Part shown: positions 58,343 through 64,000 of the stretch, piece after piece
Numbering within the stretch: position 1 is the stretch's first letter
Layout of the letters: each line of letters starts with the position of its first letter
From: Minisyncoccia bacterium
GTDB taxonomy: Bacteria > Patescibacteriota > Minisyncoccia > Phycocordibacterales > Phycocordibacteraceae
DNA length: 64,000 nt
Direction: 5' to 3'
Assembly: GCA_050011835.1 (NCBI GenBank)
Contig: JBEKII010000002.1
Span: 8,086 to 72,085, forward strand
The notes under the pieces: model-generated
What the model saw: only the letters and a program-made list of their open reading frames with translations
Databases searched by the model: none
Told to the model about the DNA's origin: nothing
Translations under genes and position numbers: made by a program

Positions 58343-58474
58343 ATGGACGAGGAACTCTTTGAATTAGCAAAAGAAAACGACCTCTCACTTGATGAAGCAC
58401 AAGAGGTTCAAGATCTTGCCGATGAGCTCGGTGTGGATTTAGACGATGCGTTAGAGATTTGGCAGGCGCAATAA
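58343..58474 (+). CDS. 43-aa highly acidic miniprotein (not in the ORF track)
   Basis: ATG 5 nt after the res stop; MDEELFELAKENDLSLDEAQEVQDLADELGVDLDDALEIWQAQ*. Confidence 0.7.
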   Translation: MDEELFELAKENDLSLDEAQEVQDLADELGVDLDDALEIWQAQ

Positions 58475-58485
58475 ATCAAATAATA

Positions 58486-59061
58486 ATGACCACCGCGACC
58501 TCCACAATTTTACTATCCAGTCCTCAATTCAATGCAATCAATGCTTCGTTGCATAGCATTGCCTTCTCGCTTCAAAATCAGTCTTTTTTGAATACGCAGC
58601 TCTTCGCGGCTGTAGTTGGTGCCGCTTTGGGGCTAATGCCTTCATTGTATTTGCTTTACAAAGATAGGCCAAGAATAAAAGTTAAAGTGGGTCACATTCT
58701 GGTCCCAATTCCATCAATCAGTCATATAGACAACGGCTTCTCGGTCGCCATCTCCAATAGTGGCAGAAGGCCGATAACAGTAGAGAGGATATTTCTTCCG
58801 TTTAAAGACGGAGAGTCGCTTGTCTTCACTAGCGAATCAAGTTTTGTAGGTGGTTCCAGCGGGTTGCCTAAAGTACTTGGCGAAGGAAATTCTCATAATG
58901 TCGCGGTTCTGGCAGGAGAGGTAGCGGAGGCCTTCTTAAGGAAACAATCCTATCCCGTCGCGGCTTGTTATGGTGATGCTCTCGGCAATGTCTACAAATG
59001 TAAGACAACACAGGAATTTTGGGACACGATGTTTAGAGTCCAAGCTAGCGATTCTAACTAG
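58486..59061 (+). CDS. Hypothetical protein with one TM segment
   Basis: About 190-aa ORF; LFAAVVGAALGLMPSLYLLY followed by a beta-rich domain. Confidence 0.65.
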   Translation: MTTATSTILLSSPQFNAINASLHSIAFSLQNQSFLNTQLFAAVVGAALGLMPSLYLLYKDRPRIKVKVGHILVPIPSISHIDNGFSVAISNSGRRPITVERIFLPFKDGESLVFTSESSFVGGSSGLPKVLGEGNSHNVAVLAGEVAEAFLRKQSYPVAACYGDALGNVYKCKTTQEFWDTMFRVQASDSN

Positions 59062-59083
59062 GCTCGACTGCTATACTGTTCGC

Positions 59084-59935
59084 ATGAAAGTTAATTTCTC
59101 TTCTCGCCCGGTTCAATACACCATCGTTGGAATCATCCTTATCGTCTGTCTCGGCATCACAGTTTTTGTGACAGGAAAGGAGCTCTTGAAACTTGCCGGA
59201 TCGAATCAAGACTTCACCACAGCCACAGGAGGCAAATGCAACATTGCGATTATTCCATTAGTCGGGCAGATCTTCGCTTCTCAAGCTGATGCCGATGCCC
59301 AGAACGCGTCCGACAACAGTTCAACGGTTTCTGCGGAGTATGTTCTTCAAGAAATAGAACGCGCTCAAAATGACAGATCAATCAAAGGCGTTGTTCTTCG
59401 TGTTGATTCCCCCGGAGGTTCGCCGGTTGGAGGCAGTCTCATAGCAAACGCTCTGAAAAGGTTGAATAAGCCGTCAGTTGCTCTTATTTGGGGGCAAGGC
59501 GACTCCGCTGCATATCTCGCGGCTACAGGTGCAAACACCATCATCGCTTCGCCATCATCGGACATCGGTGACATAGGTGTTACGGATTCGTATCTTGATC
59601 AAAGCGGAAAGGATATACAGGACGGTCAGAAGTTCATACAAATCGCCGCTGGCACATACAAGGACACAGGGAATCCGGACAAACCGCTCTCATCCGATGA
59701 GCAGGCGTTATTGCAACAAGAAGTAAACGAGGTGTATCAAAACTTCGTTCAAGCAGTGGCGAAGAATCGCGGGATGTCGGTTGACGCAGTTAAAGATCTT
59801 GCAGACGGAGAATCGTTTGTTGCTTCAACTGCTACAAGCACAGGTTTGATTGATTCATTGGGCGATTCCGAAACAGCACGCGTCTGGTTTCAACAAAAGT
59901 TAGGTAAATGGTCTGATCCAGTGTTGTGTGAATGA
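59084..59935 (+). CDS. sppA: Signal peptide peptidase SppA (S49)
   Basis: LRVDSPGGS, DSAAY (catalytic Ser region), IGDIGV, YKDTG and GLIDSLG motifs. Confidence 0.88.
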   Translation: MKVNFSSRPVQYTIVGIILIVCLGITVFVTGKELLKLAGSNQDFTTATGGKCNIAIIPLVGQIFASQADADAQNASDNSSTVSAEYVLQEIERAQNDRSIKGVVLRVDSPGGSPVGGSLIANALKRLNKPSVALIWGQGDSAAYLAATGANTIIASPSSDIGDIGVTDSYLDQSGKDIQDGQKFIQIAAGTYKDTGNPDKPLSSDEQALLQQEVNEVYQNFVQAVAKNRGMSVDAVKDLADGESFVASTATSTGLIDSLGDSETARVWFQQKLGKWSDPVLCE

Positions 59936-59982
59936 CATAACAGCAAAAACGGCAGGACCAAAATCCTGCCGTCATGCTTTTA

Positions 59983-60567
59983 CTAATTCTTGAATGACTG
60001 AATGGCAGCACTCGCCGCGTCTTTCGTGAGTTCACCTAGTTGTTCTTCCCACTGACGACGCTGACTGTCATCAGTTACTTTGACTTGAATCAGTTGGCGA
60101 AGATACTCCAACTGCTTTTCAGTCGCTGGTTCTGAAGCACTATCTCCGTAAGATTCTTCGGCTCCTGATTTGTCACGGATCAGGTCGAGAACTTTACTTG
60201 CTCGAATTGCGGCGTCAGCTAATGCACTGTTGAATGCACACGCGATAGCTCGTCCGAAGAATTTGTTAGTCGGGCCAATCATTGCGCTACCTCGTCCCTG
60301 CGAAAGCACCCTGCCGTCTTTGGTCATAGTGCAGAGGAACGAAACCAATCCGTCGACGCCCATTAAGTTGAGCGTCTGCAGATCTTCCTCGACAACTGCC
60401 TTGATAGTGTGAGTACCGAGGCACTTATCGATTTCTGATCTGATAGGATTTTCTTTGTCCTGAAGATCGTAGACTTTTGCGCGCATCAACTCAATAGGAT
60501 GCTGTGGTTTTAACTGGAACGGCGATACGACTGACACTGCTGGTTTCCGATAATAGGTCTGATTCAT
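59983..60567 (-). CDS. Hypothetical protein, possibly a Rad52/Sak-like annealing fold with an ATEKQ C-terminal domain
   Basis: Beta-strands, then SQGRGSA...AIACAFNSALADAAIRA; PATEKQLEYLRQL. Confidence 0.55.
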   Translation of the reverse strand: MNQTYYRKPAVSVVSPFQLKPQHPIELMRAKVYDLQDKENPIRSEIDKCLGTHTIKAVVEEDLQTLNLMGVDGLVSFLCTMTKDGRVLSQGRGSAMIGPTNKFFGRAIACAFNSALADAAIRASKVLDLIRDKSGAEESYGDSASEPATEKQLEYLRQLIQVKVTDDSQRRQWEEQLGELTKDAASAAIQSFKN

Positions 60568-60678
60568 ATTTGATGTGTTTAGGTAATAATGGTTTCGATA
60601 TTTCAATCGGTTTGACGGTTAGTTCTTTGTTAGGGTCGTAGTAACTTAAGTACATCACAAGCTTCACTCCGCTTCCGC

Positions 60679-60984
60679 TCATACCTTGGCTCGTTCAACT
60701 TGTAGGCGATAGAAGAGCAAAACAGTACGAGGTATCTTAATATCTTCTCCACGCTCGTTTTTGGCGTCTATGTAAGTAATGGAGCGTAGAGCTTTCTGAC
60801 CTTTCTTGACAGTGAATCCAAGCTTTAACCACTGCGCAAAAGTTCGGGCATTTTGATACGGATCATATCTTGCTGCCTCCGCTTCTCCCCAGCGTTCACT
60901 AATTTGATTTCTGATCATCGTGCTTGTTAGTTCCGAGCCAGTGAAAGGCGTCGCAACAAGTTCTTCAACAGACTTCATACGCAT
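60679..60984 (-). CDS. ArdC-like N-terminal ssDNA-binding domain protein
   Basis: ARTFAQWLKLGFTVKKGQKALR matches the ArdC-N TF.QW...G..V.KG.K pattern. Confidence 0.75.
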   Translation of the reverse strand: MRMKSVEELVATPFTGSELTSTMIRNQISERWGEAEAARYDPYQNARTFAQWLKLGFTVKKGQKALRSITYIDAKNERGEDIKIPRTVLLFYRLQVERAKV

Positions 60985-61166
60985 CTCTTGCGGGGAAGAA
61001 GTATCCTCTTGCACGCTTCACGCATCGCTTCTTCTCGTGATTCGCCCTCTGATAAAACTGTAATTCCATCGTTGGCGATTACTGAATAGCCGTAGATGTC
61101 AGGCAGTTCTTCGACTTCAGAAGTGTGTTCATTCCAAACACGCCGATGAATCGGTTGTATATACAT
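60975..61166 (-). CDS. Small hypothetical protein
   Basis: 63 aa, overlapping the downstream ArdC-like gene. Confidence 0.55.
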   Translation of the reverse strand: MYIQPIHRRVWNEHTSEVEELPDIYGYSVIANDGITVLSEGESREEAMREACKRILLPRKRCV

Positions 61167-61587
61167 AATGCTTATTCTCTTAACTAATAATGACTAACGA
61201 AAACTGAGTGGTATTGAAAAGGTGGGGTGGGGGAGTTATTCACTTTAGAGTTCCAAGGAAATGGACCTCCTCATACAGTACGGTACCGGTCTGCAAGTTT
61301 GAAAAATTCTCATCACGCGATAAACTCTTCGTCTTTTAGGATTACCACCCACCATTTTCAGAATTTCATTGGCGTCTATAAATTTTTTCCAATTTTCTGA
61401 TAATTCGCTCGTCTACGCTTTGACATTTGTCAGATGAGTACTCTAGTAAAGTGAGTAGGTGGTATGAAAAGTACACAAAGTACCGTGCTTAATAGGTTCG
61501 CCCGCAGAGGAGTAGCGATCGCTTTCGTACCACACGAACAAGCACCGGTCGCTACTCCTTTGCGTTTATTCTTCATTTATTGTGGTT

Positions 61588-62262
61588 ATGAATTCATCTA
61601 CAAGTACAGCAGAGATCAAAAAAGATTTAAATGAAAACAAAATCCTAGAATACGGCAAATGGTATGTGGAAGAAGGGCTCACAATTATTCCAATCGGGAG
61701 CGATGGCAAACCGCTTCTCTATTCGTGGAAGAGTTTTGCAAAGAGCGGAACTCGCGCCACGACCGAAGATGTTATTCAGTGGGTTAGACAATGGCCCGAT
61801 TTGAGATGGGGACTGGCTACCGGCAGAGGTATGGGCATTATCGTTATCCATCTGAAGTCAGAAGAAACCATCAATCAATGGCCTTCCACTGTGTGTTCAG
61901 AAACAAGCGACGGGGGTATAGATTTATTCTTCCTTCATCCGGGCATTTTTTTCCGTTCCAATGTGAAAGTCAGAAGCAAAAAAGAATTCATGCCGGACAT
62001 CGATGTCATCGGCGAAGATGACTATGTGATTTTGCCGTTATCGTTGAGTAGCGGAGAACTTCCTTGTGAAGGATGGATCAGCGCGCCCGATGATACTTAT
62101 TACGCCGGAATTCCAGATGATATCCGCTCCTTAATTCTTGAGGATCCGGACTGCATTCTTACGGAAGTGCCGGAAGGTGTTCCGCTTCCTGAAGTGAAAG
62201 GAAGGAACGGCAGCGTTGATAAAAGAATTGCGAGGATAACAGGAACGGAGTATGAGCAATGA
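61588..62262 (+). CDS. Bifunctional DNA primase/polymerase N-terminal domain protein with degenerate active site
   Basis: IPI...GKP..W, WGLATG, T..GG.xLFF and YVILP.S segments of the Prim-Pol fold. Confidence 0.75.
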   Translation: MNSSTSTAEIKKDLNENKILEYGKWYVEEGLTIIPIGSDGKPLLYSWKSFAKSGTRATTEDVIQWVRQWPDLRWGLATGRGMGIIVIHLKSEETINQWPSTVCSETSDGGIDLFFLHPGIFFRSNVKVRSKKEFMPDIDVIGEDDYVILPLSLSSGELPCEGWISAPDDTYYAGIPDDIRSLILEDPDCILTEVPEGVPLPEVKGRNGSVDKRIARITGTEYEQ

Positions 62263-63718
62263 ATATAAGCCGAGAGAATCGTCGGCCATAAAGATTGTAA
62301 ACATGGTGCTGGAAAATCCCGGCATCATCCTATTCAGCGATGAGTACGGCGTTGCCCATGTAAAATTTCCGGTCGGCGGTCATTCAGAAATATGGCCGTG
62401 CAAAAGCAGCGCCTTCACTCGTTGGATCAGCGGCGAGTACTACCAATTCACTCACGGGAAAACCATAGCGGGTCGAGAAAGCACAAAAGACGCTTGTAAT
62501 CTTCTTGAAGCGTGGGCTGTCAATAAAGGAAAAGAACACAAGCTCTATAATCGCATCGGAGAAACATCGGATGCGACTTGGTACGACTTAGGCGACGAAG
62601 AATGGCGGGCGGTAAGAATAACAAAAAGCGGCTGGGAAATCGTGACAGATGTTCCAATTCTATTTCGCAGATTCTCGCATCTTGCTCCTCAAGTAGCTCC
62701 AGCGAGAAACGGTTCGGTGAAAGATATTTTGCAGTTCGTAAATGTTACCAGCCCGGAACAGCAGACGCTCTTCCTCGTTCACTTGGTATCCATGTTCATA
62801 CCCGGATGGCCACACCCGGCGCTCTATGTGTATGGTTCACAAGGTTCTGCGAAGTCCACCCTAATCCGTATTGATCGTAAGTTGATCGATCCGTCTAAGA
62901 TTGAAGTGGTGGGGCTGACTCGCCACGAGAAGGAATTGGCTCAGCAGTTAGGCCACCATGCCTTTCTCGCTTTAGACAATGTTTCAGATATGCCTGATTG
63001 GATCGCCGATATTCTCTGTCGTGCAATCACAGGCTCCGGCTTCAGCAAGCGCGAACTTTATTCAGACGATTCCGATATCATTCGTCATGTGATGGCGAAT
63101 ATCGGAATTAACGGAATCAACATCGCGTCCAATCGCGGCGACTTGCTTGAACGCAGTCTTTTACTGAAACTAGAACGCGTAAGCAAAGGGGATAGGAAAC
63201 AGGAACACGAACTTATGGCTGACTTCGAGCTAGCACGCCCGAAGATTCTTGGTGCCATTTTTGATGCTGTGGCGAAAGCAACGGCGATAAGACCATCCAT
63301 CAAAGTGGACGAGCTGCCGCGTATGGCAGATTTCGCTTTGTGGGGTTGCGCCGTCTCCGAAGCATTGGGAATTGGGCAAAAAGCGTTTCTCGACGCGTAC
63401 TTTCGAAATATAGGAAATCAGAGCGAGGAAATGATCAGCGGCAATACTGTCGCAACGATTCTAGTTAGCATCGTTGATTCTCATTACGGAGAATTTCCAT
63501 GCGAGAATCCTACGGAGCTTTTCAAGGCTTTCAAGGATCGCGCCTTTACAGAGCAGATCATGGATCACCGTCTTCCGGCTAATCCAGCGGCTTTTATGCG
63601 TGAACTAAATCGCATCAAAACCCCGCTTGAGGAAATGGGGTATCAAATTCAAACCAATAGCGATCGCAGCATAACCATTCGAAAAATCACAGCGGAACCT
63701 GAAGCGCCGTCGTCGTAA
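62252..63718 (+). CDS. P-loop ATPase, putative replicative helicase of the element
   Basis: YVYGSQGSAKST Walker A, LALDNV Walker B, R.LYSD, DLLERS and LPRMADFA motifs. Confidence 0.8.
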   Translation: MSNEYKPRESSAIKIVNMVLENPGIILFSDEYGVAHVKFPVGGHSEIWPCKSSAFTRWISGEYYQFTHGKTIAGRESTKDACNLLEAWAVNKGKEHKLYNRIGETSDATWYDLGDEEWRAVRITKSGWEIVTDVPILFRRFSHLAPQVAPARNGSVKDILQFVNVTSPEQQTLFLVHLVSMFIPGWPHPALYVYGSQGSAKSTLIRIDRKLIDPSKIEVVGLTRHEKELAQQLGHHAFLALDNVSDMPDWIADILCRAITGSGFSKRELYSDDSDIIRHVMANIGINGINIASNRGDLLERSLLLKLERVSKGDRKQEHELMADFELARPKILGAIFDAVAKATAIRPSIKVDELPRMADFALWGCAVSEALGIGQKAFLDAYFRNIGNQSEEMISGNTVATILVSIVDSHYGEFPCENPTELFKAFKDRAFTEQIMDHRLPANPAAFMRELNRIKTPLEEMGYQIQTNSDRSITIRKITAEPEAPSS

Positions 63719-63727
63719 GACGCGATA

Positions 63728-63869
63728 CAGCGATTGCAGCCATTTGTGGGCATCTTGCAGGGAACTGCACAACCCATCTGTCCGTTAAGAAGAAGAATTA
63801 AGAGGCACCGGTGATCATCTGTGGTCATTTGCTGCTCGTACGGGTACCCACAAATGGCTGTAATCGCTG
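63728..63869. repeat. 23-bp inverted repeat (22/23 identity) with a 96-bp spacer
   Basis: CAGCGATTGCAGCCATTTGTGGG ... CCCACAAATGGCTGTAATCGCTG. Confidence 0.85.
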
Positions 63870-64000
63870 CGATAGCAGATAAAACCATTGACAATGAAAA
63901 TCGCAAGAATACAATATGGTCGTGTGGGATGAATCCTGCATTGTTCTAACTAGCACTATTTTTGTACATGTCTTGTATATGTCCCTCTACTGTAATATTG

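Larger units (their letters stand above)
52750..64000. mobile_element. Integrated element (satellite/IME-like), extending beyond the window
   Basis: Visible compositional shift after secG. Carries Type III R-M, ArdC-like, SSAP-like, Prim-Pol and helicase genes. No integrase in the window; left boundary approximate. Confidence 0.75.

Noticed and set aside
53165-61355. Shared 10-mer ACCCCACCAT between the two structured regions of the element
   Set aside because: A single 10-bp match within about 11 kb is compatible with chance.
1-64000. Alternative genetic code (TGA read as Gly/Trp, as in Gracilibacteria/Absconditabacteria)
   Set aside because: TGA terminates rplE, secY and adk at the expected positions, and conserved genes are uninterrupted under code 11.
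1-64000. CRISPR array, rRNA or self-splicing intron
   Set aside because: No regularly spaced repeats, rRNA-like sequence or interrupted core genes were seen by eye.

Overview
Chromosomal window from a small-genome Patescibacteria (CPR, Parcubacteria-like) bacterium using the standard code. The assignment rests on the missing L30 in the spc operon, extended ribosomal proteins and SD-less core genes. From left to right: (1) the tail of a large serine recombinase next to tRNA-Gly, and tRNA-Arg(UCG); (2) housekeeping and repair genes (cca, xth, PIG-L, Xer, rpsO, NYN, DksA-like, a comM remnant, LysM-M23, UvrD/PcrA, rsmA); (3) a cluster of secreted/membrane proteins including a VirB6-like protein; (4) the str-S10-spc superoperon through secY-adk-map-ndk; (5) a compact 6S-like RNA, a beta-CASP nuclease, infC-rpmI-rplT, an ECF sigma/VKOR cluster, Nth and MutY lacking Fe-S ligands, RNase J, an ABC solute-binding protein and secG; (6) from about 52.75 kb, an integrated element running off the right edge, with a Type III R-M pair, SppA, ArdC-like and SSAP-like proteins, an apparently inactive Prim-Pol and a helicase. 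The most notable observations are an unannotated 43-aa hyper-acidic, DNA-mimic-like protein directly after the restriction gene; short palindromic repeats inside core genes, which supply several ribosomal protein tails; a recurring TAnnnT-N6-start (leaderless) architecture contrasting with SD-led single-gene cassettes; and structured RNA switches in the mobile element. All calls come from reading the sequence by eye; no searches were run.
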